A stretch of DNA of 64,000 bases from Lama guanicoe (Eukaryota), in contig MU053810.1 of the NCBI GenBank assembly GCA_013239625.1, positions 5,674,071 to 5,738,070 on the forward strand, given 5' to 3'. The translations under genes and the position numbers were made by a program. Shown here piece by piece: positions 42,258-55,991 of this stretch (positions are counted from its first letter, which is position 1; each line of letters starts with the position of its first letter). The notes under the pieces are model-generated. The model was given only the letters and a program-made list of their open reading frames with translations. It had not been told where the DNA came from and ran no database searches.

Positions 42258-45200
42258 GAGAGGGCTTTTTAAGTGAGCAAAATCGGTGCCCAATAAGAAA
42301 TAGTTTGGGAATGCATATTGATTTCCAAAACCATGTACTTATAATTAGCAGTAATTCTAAGCTGCCCCAAATTAAGTGAAGTAGTATGTCTGAAATGAAA
42401 AGCGAAGCCCTTCAGGTATTACATGAGGAGGCTTCTGACTTCCCTTGATTGGTGGTGAGTAGACACTCCCTGAATGCACGGGCAGAAGGAGGCGTCTCTC
42501 TGCTCCTTCTCAGCTGTGTGCAGTTGTAGCGATTATGGTACGAACCCTGTACTATTTCTGTGCGTCTTACAGACTGTCTCAGGCATTCCTGAGGACTGTC
42601 ACTAGGGTCCTGAAACGAGAACAGGCTAGTTCACACTGTGATAATATCACATTTTGATAATTGTCCAAAGCCCTGCCCAGAGATGTCCGCCCCACTTCTG
42701 TAGATCAGGAAGAGCCTTCCGTCCCCTCTAGTGGAAATGTAACCTTCTCAGCCTTTCAGCAATGAGAGCCCACATGTACATTTTGAAGAATAAGTGAGTG
42801 TGTTTGGAAAATAACATGTCATGTATGTAGCCAGATGTTAGTCATTACTAAAAATCAAGTTCAATTAAGAGTTTTATGTAAAAGATTATTTTAAACTTCC
42901 TCCAAATTTTATACAGAGACAGGGCTTTGGAATAACTTTTCTGAATACCAAGAGCAGAAAACACTGTGACTAAGGGGACTGGAAATATTAACCAACTACA
43001 AGATGTGTAACTGGCCCATCATCTCCACTATGATTTCCATATCAATGCTACAATTTACCTAATGGAAAACATCAGAAAATTCTACAGAGAGGTTCCCCCC
43101 ACCCTACCTTCAGGGAAAAAAACCACTAATCTATCAAATGTGGATTGGCCTCCAATTATAACTGTCATCTTGGTTTCCTGAGGCCCTAGCTACAATTCCC
43201 CTCACCCATTGCTAGACCAAAGAAAAGAAACATTTGCCTAAACTAAATATACGTGGAGGTTCTCAAGGATTTGGAAAAGGAAAAATTTCCACCTCACCCC
43301 TGGGTGATGAGGTAGTGGCTGGTTGGGCACCACACACCCCATACCTATATGTGTGGTATCCACACACTTGTTGCTCCAGCACGCCACTCAATTTGACCCA
43401 ACTGTCTGAGATTAAATTAAATTTGGAGTTCAAAAAATGTTCCCAAGGCTCTCTAACAAGAAAAACAAACAAAGAAACAAACTTGCTAGCGATGAAGAAA
43501 AGAAACTATTTTTAAATTTATGGAAGCAGTTTTTCCCAAGTAAATACTAATGTTTGCCAAGGTATGCAAATACAAGTATGAAATTAACATCTCTCAGTAC
43601 AAGGAGAACCATCTGATCCCAATAAAATATACAGAACTAGAAAAAGAGTTAACAGGCTTCTTAACTCTTCGTAGATTTCCTTAATATGTTTTGAAAGTAG
43701 GCAAATGTCTTAGAATCCTGTGTTTCAGAACAAACCCAGATGCTTTTAGGTTTGAGTTAACCAAAGGCAGGAGTAGGAAGCTGGAAAGTTCTCAGTTTGG
43801 GATTTTGAGCCCTTGAGTCCAAATGCAGGTAAATTTCAAACCTGACTCAGGCTTTGTGGCAGGGGAGAGCCAAACATCTGGGCAGCATCCCAGCTAAAGT
43901 TTTTATGCATTTCCACTCTTCCTTTAAATAAATAAAAACCATCTGCTGATCACAGCAGATGGCATTCAATGGGCAAATCATAAAATTCAATTCATGAACT
44001 TTGCCATCCTTATCCCGAGGTCCTGTCAACTCTGACAGGCAATTAGGTATCCTCAGTTTCAGAGAGGCTTTCAATGGGTTCGGTCCCTTGAATGTGGCCT
44101 TTGTAAGCCCAGTAAAAGATGAGAAAGGTAAAAATTTATGGGAGTTTGCCACCAGAAGGGAAACTTACTTGACATTGCTTAAGATGTACTATAGAAATAA
44201 TAAAAAACTGGCCGAGGTCCTCTCCATCTCATCCAGGAAGACACTAATGACATACATCCTCCCTAAACTGGAATTCAAGGAAAAGCCCCACCAGGTGGTA
44301 TGACAGTCAGCATCAGTACAGACCACTAGGCACGGGGTATAAAGTTTCATTGTACAACACATGCTGAGCCTTGTAGCTTAGCAAAATGCAGAGATGGGGA
44401 AAAGAGAAAGGGGAGAGATGTTTACTAGGTATGTATAACTGCATACCTGGAATTAACTCAGTCCATTGTTAACTTTCACTGGAGGAAGAGACCCCTCCGT
44501 CATCTTCATGCAAGCAGTAGCTGATATTTGCAATACTGGGCAAACAGTGCCAGCTATTCACTCCATCACAGCTTTTCAACCTACTCAAATGAAGAGGAAC
44601 AATTAAACCAGAGAGCCTAGTTTTCGCAAGGCTGAGTGAGTCATCTAATGTCCATAATGAATTCAAAATTGAAAAATCGCATGATGCCCATCAGATGATC
44701 TCCTGTCATTTGGAAAGGTTAGCAGCAGCTGTCAGGAGCACCAGGGCAGCTTAGGGGGGCTCACAGGGAGTGGAAGCGAAGGTTGTGCAACACTGGGCCA
44801 TCTGTTATTTCACAAGAGTAGTGTGGTCCTTAAATCTGATTGTAATTCTAAATTGTAGTTTTCATCAAGAGAACTGTATGTGTCATATGATGCTTTCCTG
44901 GGATGAGTCGATTTCCTCTCTTCTGCTTGACCTCAGCTACAGTACAGCATCATTTGCTAGTGAGCTCCACTCCATAGCGTCTTCCTGAATCCTCACACTG
45001 AGGATGTGACCCAACTCGGGAAGCTAAGGAATTGAATGAGGGCACCAGGTTTGCTAAGGGACCTCAACCAGAGTCTCAGCCTCAGGGAGGGATGGGTTAC
45101 AGAGTCCTGGAGGCAGAACTGGATTCCCAGTCCTGGCTCTGCTGAGTTGCTACCAAAAACAAGTCCCTTCAACTCTGAGAGTTTATCTTTTAAATCTTGA

Positions 45201-46238
45201 AAAATAAGAGAGTTGCCGTTGATCATTAAAACTCTCTGATTGTCCTGTTGATAAAACTCTCCAGGGATGGCATGTGGATGCATGGTATAAACTTCACAAT
45301 GAGATTGTGGACTTTTTTCATGGAACACTTGATTTTTAAGTGCCCTATTTTCAGGGCAGAAGAGTTGACAGCGTGTCACACCACAAAGCTAAACCTCTCA
45401 TTCTCCAGATGGGGGATCAGCGGCATATTCTCTTGGGTCTTTCTGCCCTTCTGTGCTGCCTCTCATGTAAATCCAGTGGCTTTGTATAATATCATCGCAA
45501 GGCTCCTTATGTCACTGTGTAAGGTTCATTTCACTTGGAGATCGTCAGATCCAGCATTTTCTAATTAGTCTTCGGTCAGAGCTGCCTCAGGGTGGGGCGG
45601 GGGTGCCCAGATCATGAAATCATTTTAATCCTGTCCATCTTGGACCCCCCCCCTGGAATCTGCCTTGTGTGTAACTTCTTTGTGTTGCTGGATTTAGGAT
45701 TTTCAGTTCTCTCTGTCCCTCAGATGCCTCTTGCAATTTCCGAGAACCTTTTCACATTGCCTTTATTTTCACCCAGAAGCAAACACAATAAGAAATCAGG
45801 GTTGCAATGTGACACAGGTTTCCGATGGAGTTGCTGATTATCTGAATGTGCTGGTTTAAGATATGGGAAGATGTGAAGCCAGGTGTCCTGCCCTGTCCTC
45901 ATATCCAGTTGATTCAGAAAAATATTTATATTATATTTGAAACAAAACTACACATTGAAAACTTGTTTCCTTAAGAAATATCATTCGAGAGATTTAGCAT
46001 GAAGCAGAGTTGTCCAAGCAAACACATTACGAGAGGGTCTTTCCGTTTTGTTAGATTTGATGACATTGCATTCTTCACGGGCTTTAACCTTTAAATTTTA
46101 CTTTGTTGACTGTGCTGAGCACTGATGATAGATCTTTTACTGTGGTTAGTTTTGTTTGCTTTTCATTTTATTTTTTTTATAACCTATTTTTCCTCTCCTG
46201 TCTACCTGATGACTTTTGAATTGTTTGTCTGTATATAG

Positions 46239-46372
46239 CTGTAGACATAGATGCTACTGGCTTAGATGCAGAAGAAAATGATATTCCAGCAAACCACCGC
46301 TCCCCTAAACCCAGTGCAAACAGTGTAACGTCACCCCACTCCAAAGAGAAAAGAATGCCCTTCTTTAAGAAG
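46239..46372 (+). CDS. CACNB2: CACNB2 alternative exon 7A (long HOOK), [45 protein letters not shown]
   Basis: 134 nt, TAG acceptor, GTAACA donor, phase 1/0; matches the beta-2 long HOOK peptide. Confidence 0.96.
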
Positions 46373-46474
46373 GTAACATGACCTTTCAAGCTCCCATCTG
46401 TCCACGCGCTCAACTGCACTGCGTCACATTTCTGGTCCTGTGGACTGTCTGCGTCCTTGATAAAGCCAATAACA

Positions 46475-46517
46475 TGCATGCTTTGTTGTTCTTTGTTTCT
46501 CTTCCACGCTGCTGTAG
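46475..46517 (+). promoter_or_regulatory. Candidate splicing-regulatory elements upstream of microexon 7B (RBFOX TGCATG; TGC near 3' splice site)
   Basis: TGCATG at 46475-80; TGC at 46510-12 just before the AG; a second TGCATG downstream at 46825-30. Confidence 0.55.
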
Positions 46518-46537
46518 CTAAGCAGAAGCAGAAATCG
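46518..46537 (+). CDS. CACNB2: CACNB2 alternative microexon 7B, AKQKQKS
   Basis: 20 nt CTAAGCAGAAGCAGAAATCG, TAG acceptor after pyrimidine tract, GTAAGT donor, phase 1/0; AKQKQK motif is shared among Cav-beta short HOOK exons. Confidence 0.95.
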
Positions 46538-47011
46538 GTAAGTGGACATTGACATCAGCTCTGTGTATCCTGCCCCTGGCATCATTAGCATTCAAACCCA
46601 CAGTTCTATTCGATACAGTCATGTCTGTCCTCAGAAACGAACCTATCAAGCAGCTCATTGAGTCCATGCATTTCAAACCAGCTCAGTTCAGTGAGTGACC
46701 TGTGAAAGCACCATTACAGTATTTATCCTTTTTGATGGAATAATATCGACCACCCAGGGAATTCGTTCCAACATTTCCAGGAACGGCAAACGCTGACAAA
46801 ACTCCATATAATGCACCTCTACTGTGCATGCGTCCTGTCTGTCTCTGTCTCTCTTTTTTTTTTCCGGAAATTTAACTGATAATCAAGCATATGAAAACCA
46901 TGATTAGATTCTGATTTATGATATCCAGATACATAGCTTGTACTAAAAAAATTTTTTTTACGAATTATTCAATTTTTAATTTAGTCAGTATTTAAACTTC
47001 TAATCCACTAG

Positions 47012-47073
47012 GTGCAAAATCTGCAGATGAACAAGACCATTGGAAAACTGCAGGCTTGTTTTGGCGGTTTACT
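47012..47073 (+). CDS. CACNB2: CACNB2 alternative exon 7C, GAKSADEQDHWKTAGLFWRFT
   Basis: 62 nt, TAG acceptor, GTGAGT donor, phase 1/0; matches remembered human 7C peptide GAKSADEQDQWKTAGLFWRFT. Confidence 0.9.
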
Positions 47074-50063
47074 GTGAGTTTTTCCTATTGTCCTATCTAA
47101 ATACTCTCCCAATGTTCTTGCCTCCTCCATCACTCAGATGTCAGCATCTCACCTGTCAGATGATGGGGGTGGCTGTGCGTAGAGCCTTTGCCACTGGCCA
47201 ACCAAGATGCTACCAGTGATGCTCCTTGTCCCCCCGACTAGAAACGAGGGTATTCGTGAGCTCTCTTTACTCCGAAGTCTGTTTTCTCCCAGCACATTCT
47301 GTAGCTCTGAAGCATTATTTTTTAAAGATGCCTCCCCTCCAATTCCCATTCTTTCCCTTCTTTTACACACCACTTTTCCACCGCCTACCGTGCTTTTAAA
47401 GTCATTCTCCCTGATGTCAGCAAAGTCCGGCACAGCCATGAGTCTATCGCAACATTGTAGGAGTGCAGTAAAATCCACTCTGCCTTACACTCTCAATGCC
47501 CTGAACTCTTTTCCTCTGCGCACAAGTATTCTGCTCCCTGGAGGAACTCTCAGGTCATCAGTGAGGTGTCAGATGCTGAACTGTGTTTTGTTTTGGTTTT
47601 TTAAAAATAAATTATGGTTGATTTAATCATGGCAGGCCTAGCCACTTCAGGCAAAAATTAAAACATGTGGATTTTTGTATTAACACAGTAAGCCCCAGCT
47701 TGATGTACATACATGCACAACAGCAGGTCCATTTCTCTGGTCCTGTCTTCTTGTCCCACCTAAAACTTGCAGCCAAGTGTTGACTCACAGCATTTATAGC
47801 CATAGAAGTCTGGAAATTCAGCCTCGCTCAGCTGCTCCGGGCTTTACAGAACAGCAACGTGAACTAAAACCACATTCATCAAGATAGAGTGTTTGGAAGT
47901 TTGCTGACTCTCAAATTCCAAAACTTTAAAAATGTTTCTTGTAATTTTTCCACTCAATAATCCAAACTAATTAAATTAAGCAGGGAAGGATAGCTAACAA
48001 TGATGGAGTCATTATCAATAGGGCACAAAGTACCACTATTCCATCAAATAAGGTAATTTCTGTAGTACCCTATTGATTAAGAAGCTGATTGATTACCAGC
48101 ATGGGTAACCCTTTGCTAGTTGGCAGTCACCAATCAAAGGAACTGAAGATCTATCAAATAATGGGCCACTTAATATTTAAAGGCATGAAATAAAATTTCT
48201 TGGGAGCTGGGACTAAAATACAGGCAACTTACATTCCTCGTTGTTGTAACGGTGGGAAAGGTCTTCTCAGACGGCAGAGTTACAAGGACTTGGCTTCTAA
48301 ACATTTTCAGCATAATCCCAGGTGGTAGCAATGTCGTAATTTAATGAACATGCTTATGATGCCTTCGGCACTGGTATTCATTCTTCTCATGTTATCGATT
48401 ATGTGGTCAACTTCACTGTAGAGTTCAAAAGCCAAAAAAACCTGAGATTCAATGAGAAGACTGTTTTCCATGTTTTTGGTTGCTTTTCGAGTGGTGCTTG
48501 TTGGCATTTGTGCTGTCACTGTATTATGTTTGTCTTGTTTTTTTTTTCTGTTTAAAAATGTACTCTATCTTGATTGTGTCTATTAAAATTAATTTTGAAA
48601 GAAAGTCTTCTTTAGTAAACTAGAGAAGGTTTTAAGCAGTGAAATACGACAGCACCGTCACAGTAGCATTTTCTCCCCTCTGATTACATCGTCCGTGTGA
48701 CTGTCGGCAAAATCTCAGATGGAAGCTTTTGAATTTGAAATGCTTTTGAATACCCCCTCCGTTTAGGCAAGTTCAACTCTATCAAAGTCAGAAAGTTTGA
48801 AAAGGGCAATTTCAAGCAACAGGAAAATACTCTTGAGTGACAGCCTGATGTAAAAATTACATTCACATTTGCAGTAAGATTATCAAATTTTTAAAATAGT
48901 TTAAAGACTTTTTTCTCTTGGGCTGTGTGATTCTTAAAATGTATTTTTTCAGATACTCCTCAGTGCAGGAAGAGTCATATCACAATGATTTTTGTTTATC
49001 CCAATGTCTACCCATCTCTCTCTCTTCTACATGGAAAAAAAAAAAGGCACTTTTGGGGTCAGTTTAACATTCTCAGCTGTTAAAATAGCCAGTTTTAATG
49101 TAATCAAACAAATCGTTATCTGATTTTTTGAAAAAAAAAAGTTATTTTAGTCATTTTATTTGAAGCAGTTAAGCTGAAAATTTTTGCCAGTCTTAGAAAT
49201 GGCTACAAAATTAGGTCCTCCTCCTCCTGCTCTTCTAAAAAAGAAAGAAATTGTGGGAAGACGTGAGTTAGTTACTTAACAGAAGCACCACCTGAACAGC
49301 GCTTGAGAAGCACGTTAGATACACAAGGTGAGCCTTTCAAGGCCATGGGCACAAGCTTGAAATGTACAATCATACGGGGAGCACTTTCCCTCCAAGACAC
49401 ATATTCTGACGTGTTTTTTAAGATCCAAGGTATGGAAACCCAAAATCTAAAAATATGAATCACTGAGTTGTGAATCATGATCATGATTACCATTTACTAG
49501 AACAAGCACGCAGGCGAGTTTAAACTCTCGCAGTAAAATAAGACAGGGTCAAGCATTTGATAATAAGTTAACAATGTTTTGAAGTTAGGTTTTACACAGG
49601 TAAGGCAAACATCCAAGACACCAAGGTGATAAGACCTTTCTTTTCCTTATAATTAACCACCTTAGGCCTGATCATTCGACTTTTCAGGAAACTCAGATGC
49701 ATCTGAAAAGCCATATTAACCATCAGCCAAGCCTAAAAGCACCTCTTCTGCATGAGGCATGTTTCTGTCTGTTCTGCTGAATAGTTTTTTTTTTTTTGCT
49801 CAAAAGCAGCACGTCCTACTTGAGGAACTAATATCTCAGTAGCATTCCTTGAGGAGAGCGAGAAAGCTGTAGGCAACTCAGGAATTTCAACATATTAGGG
49901 AAATCAACCCACCCATCTTGGATTGGGTTTATTTAGAAAAAGAGGCAAGTGATTTAAAAAAAAAAAAGGAAATTTCTGGAAAGTTAGTGCCTCATATTAC
50001 TGAGTTCAGAAGAGCAGTTGAAACATAAAATATTTCGGTTCCCTCCTCTTTTTAACCATCTGA

Positions 50064-50207
<144 letters not shown>

Positions 50208-50574
50208 TGAACTGCTTTGTGACATCACCTCCCTCTCCAGACTCTTGAGCTTAGAACTTAAAGAGCTGGGAGCAACAGAGCCGATTTTTCTCAAGCTGCA
50301 GGACATACATGGCTTCCTGTTTTGTTCTATTCTGTTTTCTTGGCTGTTGCTCTGGAGAGTTCCGCCAGCCACAGTGGACTCCATCTGGGGAAGGGGTATC
50401 ACCTGGAGAGGGACCGAAAAACCACTTGAAGTGTCATCTCTTGTCCCTACAAGAGTGAGTTCACGGAACCTTGTTAATCGTCATCAGATCAGAACGAAAC
50501 GGGTGGCAACCTCACCTAATGGGAAGTCCCGGTTTTCAGACACTCTCTTGAGGAATAAAACTCTTTGAGTCTAA

Positions 50575-50682
<108 letters not shown>

Positions 50683-50869
50683 TGAGTATTTCCGAATACT
50701 GGGGTTCGTGGATTTGGTCTTGAAGATGATGAAACCTGAGTGAGACAGGCATGTGACCTCGAAGGAAAAGTAGCTTCTGATGTCTGGGAGGGTTAACAGG
50801 AGATAAGTTCCATTCTGTTCAATCTGGTTTAATAAATATTTGTCATACCTGCTCAGCCCATCCTGAACA

Positions 50870-52030
50870 CTGGCTATTCCAGCCCTCTGACTCTGCACCT
50901 GTGTCCATAAACTGAACTTGGTCAAATCCCTGCTGACTTGTCTCCCCCAAATTCATGATCAGCTGGTCCCCGGTGCTGTCTAGGAATCATTCTCTTCCAC
51001 CCAACTTTCTCCTCTTCTGAAAGACTTTCACACCATTTCCTCTCTCATCAAACCCTTCTCATCTCACGCCCCACCATGAACTTACTTCCTATTTCATTAA
51101 GAAAACATCGGCAGAGAAGAGCTTCCACCACCTCACCCATGCCGCTGCGTATTTGCCAGGATGCTCTGCTTTTTCTCCTGTGACTGTTAGCAGTGGTCAA
51201 CTCCGGCTTCGGCAGTGGATCCCAGGCCCCATCCCCACCCCAACACAACTCTTAACAGTCCTTCCCTCCCTCCTCATCAGTGTTTCTCTTTCTAATGGAA
51301 ATACCATCAGCATGTAAAGATGGAGTTGTTACTCCCTTTGGCAGAATTTGACCTCACGCTCCCCCCTGGCTGTCCCATTTCTCCTCTTTTCTGTACAGAG
51401 CTCTCCTTGAACAAGTTGTGTCTAATTGCTCTCCCCGTAGTCTCCTGAGCCTCCTCACCCCGAACTAGTCACATCTGATCACCAGCGACCTTCACGTTGA
51501 TAAATTCAGGAAGAAATCCTCAGTCCTCCTCTTCATTGACATGGTGGATGACTCCATCCTCTTTTAAATTCTTCATTTGCTTAGTTGCTAGAACCCCACT
51601 TCCCTGGCTTTCTTCTCTCTGACTAGTCACTCTGTGTCTCCTTTGTGGTTCTTCCTCACCAGCTAGACATCCCAGAGAGCCCAGGGCTGTCCTTTGTCTT
51701 CTGTCTCCACTCACTCTTTTGGTTGATTCCATTCAATGTCAGACTTTTTTTTTTAAATAAAGTACTGGGGATTGAATACAGGACCTTGTGCATGCTAAGC
51801 AAGTGCTCTACTACTGAGCTATACCCTCCCCCAATGTCAGACTTTTAAATAGCATTTCTTTGCTGGTCTCGCCTCTGAATCCCAGATCCCTATGTCCAAC
51901 TAGCTGTGCTGCATCCCCACTAAGATGTCTAATGGACTCCTCAGACTTAACCTCCCGATTCCACCCCCCTAACCTGCTCCTCTCAGTCTTCCTTATCTCA
52001 ATCAATAGCTTCTCCATCTTTCAGTCCCAA
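50870..52030 (+). mobile_element. Degenerate L2 LINE segment (interrupted by SINE)
   Basis: Pyrimidine-rich L2-like motifs (accagcgaccttcacgttg.taaa, catccccact.agatgtctaat); approximate. Confidence 0.55.
51749..51831 (-). mobile_element. Short Vic-1-type SINE (tRNA head + A tail only)
   Basis: Perfect 15-bp TSD CAATGTCAGACTTTT at 51734 and 51832. Confidence 0.9.
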
Positions 52031-53880
52031 GACCTTTCAGCCCCAGGCAGCTCAGCACAGGCACATCTAAGATACAGGTAGCATAAAGGGAGGAGGGATT
52101 AACACTGACAGGGATGTCAGCAGCCAGGAAGGGTTTTGAAATGGTACCTAAGGTTTCACCAAGTGAATTAGGAGGAGAAGGACATGTCCCGCAGAGGGTG
52201 TGAGGTGTGTGAAGGCATCAAGGTGTGACACAGCATCATGCAGAAGGCACGCCACCTAGAGGTCTTCAGGTGAAACTGCTGGGGAGGAAGGGACTGGTAA
52301 CCAAGCCGAGGCCATGTCCAGTGTGTCATGTCAATCAGCTGGGACTTAATCCCTTCCCTCCCCACCTTATAGGCTTTAATAAATATTTATGGAGCCTAAT
52401 CTCTGTGCCAGCCATCATGAAGAGCAAAGTCACACAAGGGCCTTGGCTTCATGAAGCTTGGTCTCTGGAAAGGCAGCCTTGAATCAAATAGCCAGCGGGC
52501 ACCACAGTAAAGGTTTGGCCAACTTCTGAAGCCTCAGAGACATGATCAGTGTCTCAAATGGAAACTTCAAAATTTAAACTAAGAGTAGGCAATGGGAGAC
52601 CTGGGAACAAACAGGGCTAGGGTATATTTCTATATTTTTAACAAGAAAAATATGATGCCTCTCTTTCCCACGTTTCTTTCCTTCTCCTGTCTTAATACAA
52701 GCACAATAGACGCTATCTGTAGGTTTCCGTGTTCTTGTAGATTTCTCAGTGTGGTACTTTCTTCCTTGACCATATCTGCTCCTACAACTGTTTCTTATTT
52801 ACATTGACTTCTGGTAGGGGAGGCAGGGCAGGCAGGGAAACTGTGATGGCAGAAGAGATATTGTCAGCTAGTGATCAAGCAAAGGACTGAAAGAGACAGA
52901 AAAAGGAAGACAGAATCTGTGTTTCAAGGCATTAAAAAAAAAAAGACTTTCGAATCAAAGCCTGCCTAACCGAATGCTCCTAATCAGGTATTTTTGTTTT
53001 TCATAACTTTATGAAATGGGTTTTATTTCGTGCCAGGAAACACAGCTTGGTCCTTGGGCCTCTGGCTCGGTCCAAGGCTCTCAGGCTCTGGCCAAGCATA
53101 AAAGGCATCCCTGTGGTCGGGCCCATTCAGCTTTCACTTCTGTGTTCCTGACTTTCATTTATCACAATTTGAAATTGTCCACCCGAGCCTGCTTACCCAG
53201 AAAATTCCTCTAGACCAGGGACTTTGCTTTCTGTGACTGAGTTAACCCACTGCCCTTTTCTAAATGCTAAAGATGGGGAAATGAAATGGGGCTTCCTGAC
53301 TTAACTCTATTTAAACGAGTTAAGGTTTGCATTTAGAAGATAGATTCCAGCCATAGGGTGTATCTTGGACCCATGTTTTCAAGTATCAGCCATCCAGGTT
53401 GATTTCACTTAAGAAACAGACAAAATACCTGAATGTTTCTGGCCAGAAGTAATTTCCATATGGCTTTATTATTGGACCTGCCTTGTTTCATCTGGATGCA
53501 GAGAGCTGGAGTTCAACATTCTAGACCTGGGATCGCCAGTTAAAAATGTTCAAAGGAAGTCATAGGGCCCAGAAGGCAGAATTTCAAAAAGGCATGCAAA
53601 AATGTAGCTTTTTTTACTCAAGGCAAGACATGCAGAATTACTGAATCATTCAGTGTCTGCTTCTGGTAAGCCAGACTGCACGAGAGGGTGGAAACTCCTC
53701 ACAAGTATCAATCAGGTGTGTCTAATTCAAAATAGACACAGGAAAAATGCATTACTCCTTAATTATCTCTTAAATAAGCAAAACGTATTTTTTTTTAAAT
53801 TCAAACCCAAGAGGGAGAAAATATGAAAAGACGTGTTGTTGATGGAAAGATTTTAGACAGGAATTCTTTTCTGTTTCTTT

Positions 53881-54010
53881 TCATTTTTTTTTTAACTTTG
53901 GGGGGAAGGTAATTAGGTTTTTATTTTATTAATGGAGGTACTGGGGATTGAGCCCAGGACCCCGTGTGTGCTAAGCAAGTGCTCTACCACTGTGCTACTT
54001 CCATAGCCCC
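53881..54010 (-). mobile_element. Vic-1-type SINE
   Basis: Poly-T, GGTAATTAGG, ATGGAGGTACTGGGGATTGAGCCCAGGACC. Confidence 0.85.
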
Positions 54011-55665
54011 TTCCTTTCTGTTCTTAAACCCAGTTAGGTTCATTTGTTGAAGCCCCAGGGAGTTGTCAGAATCGCGATCCCAGTTAAAACAGCGTTAAGT
54101 GTGTCAGGTCAGAGGAGAGATGCTGAATCATTATCCTTTCTGTGATGGGCGGCACCAGAGTAGCCCATTTAAATCAGACACACCCTAAACGACTGTGTCA
54201 TCCTGTACACAAAGCAGTCTTCCTACACACTTTGTAGGACAAGGACAGGTAGATGAACCAGGAAATCGGGGACAAGAGGGAAAGCCACCATCAGCGATGA
54301 AATCCGTTGTCCTCTTCAGTGATTTTGAAGATGTCAGCTCTGGGCACAGAAGTGTTTGGAATGGGTACTGAATTCTGCCGGGGTATGAACATGCTGAGCC
54401 TTGGGTTCAGCACAGGACTCTTACTGGAAAATCAACCATCCCGGGAGCCATGACATCGCTTTATTTTGTCGTGTGGCAAGTTTAGTTACATATGAGACAA
54501 CTTCTTCTAAACTGGTGGTTCTCTACCCTGGCTACATATTAGAATCAGCAGCAGAGCTTTAAAAATTAAAATAAAGAAATTTTTAATAAAAGAAAAACTA
54601 AAGGTGTGTATCCCACCCATGACTAAGGGAAACGAAATCTCTAACTGTAAAATCTTCTGCGGCAATTTTGTTACACTGTGAGGGTTGAAAACCAGTCCTC
54701 TACACTGACTTGTCCCCAAAATTTTGCCCTTAGGATTTTCAAGATAGATTTTTTGGTGGAACCTCAAGTAGTAACAACTCAGGAGTTGAAATAAGCTAGC
54801 AGCTGTCTTCACACAGCCTACGAAGCTAACCATGCAGGCAGGTCAGTGGAAACCTGGCTGAGTGATACCACGTGTAGAAAAAAACCAAGCACGTGAGACA
54901 GAGAGGAAGTTGTCTTATTGACAGAAGATCTTGTCCTTCTGCTGAATCCATCCCCCAAGGCAGACGATGAGAGGCTCCTGGCCGGATCTGGTCTGTCTTG
55001 TCACTGCTGCATCCTCAGGATGGTTGCATCTCAGGGCAGCCTGTCTCCCAGTGAGTATCCAGGGCTCGTAGATTCTGGTCCTCAGCAAGGCTTGGGTCCT
55101 ATCAGCTGTACTGATACAGTGCCCATCACTTCAGGTACCAACTACTCCGCCTCGAACACCCTGCCCACAACATCCATGTGGCTCATCCCTCATTTCCCTC
55201 CGGTCTCTGACCAAAGGTTGCCTTTTCTGAAAAGTCTTCCCTGAGCACCCAAAATGTACCTTCCCCAGCCCCTCATCTGTATCCTCATCAGCCTGCATTA
55301 TTTTTTAATGGCATTTAATACCACCTGACATCAGACATCTGTTTGCCTCCATCCCTCTGCTCTCCCTCCATCCAACAAGAATTTCAGTTCCATCACAGCA
55401 CCCTGGATGGTGATTCGCACATAGTAGGCACTCAGTAAACCTGTGTTGAGTGACTGATTCCCTCCAAGGCATGCAGGTGCTCAGCATGGGGGCACTATTC
55501 CATCACTCTCCTCAACCACACTCACCTCCTGATAAATAAAAGTATTTTAAAACAACTACTAAACATGGGATGGTCCCCACCTGTAGTCTGCTTTCACCTG
55601 TGAATGCACCGTGACGTAACAGTGAAATTGGTGGGCTCAGTATCTCTTTTCTGGTTATTGCTTTT

Positions 55666-55991
55666 TTTTGGAGAGGGGAGGTAATTAGGTATTTTTTTAT
55701 GATATGTGCTAAATATTTAATCTTTTTTTTAGTTTTCATATATGTGCTAATTATTGTTGCTAAGAACAGATCTTTAGCTTTTTAAACTTGCATAGTTATC
55801 AAAGGAATAAAGCCAACTACAAAATAAGAATCAACAGAATGCAATAATCCAATCATAAAGGACAGTCAAATGTGCTTACACATATTCAAGGTGTATTTTT
55901 TTTTAATGGAGGTACTGGGAATTGAACCCAAGACCTCGTACAAGCTAGGCCCGTGCTCTGCCACTGAGCTAGACCCTCCCCCACCCCCACC
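55666..55991 (-). mobile_element. Vic-1-type SINE interrupted by a ~200-nt insertion
   Basis: TSD CTGGTTATTGCTTTT at 55651 and 55992; tail portion 55666-55691, head portion 55889-55991. Confidence 0.9.
55692..55888 (-). pseudogene. Short 5'-truncated retrocopy of an unidentified mRNA 3' end, inserted inside a SINE
   Basis: Non-SINE AT-rich ~200 nt that splits a Vic-1 SINE; on minus strand it ends ATTAAA (55716-21) + 17 nt + A7; flanked by AGGT-ATTTTTT / AGGTGTATTTTTT imperfect duplication. Confidence 0.55.
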
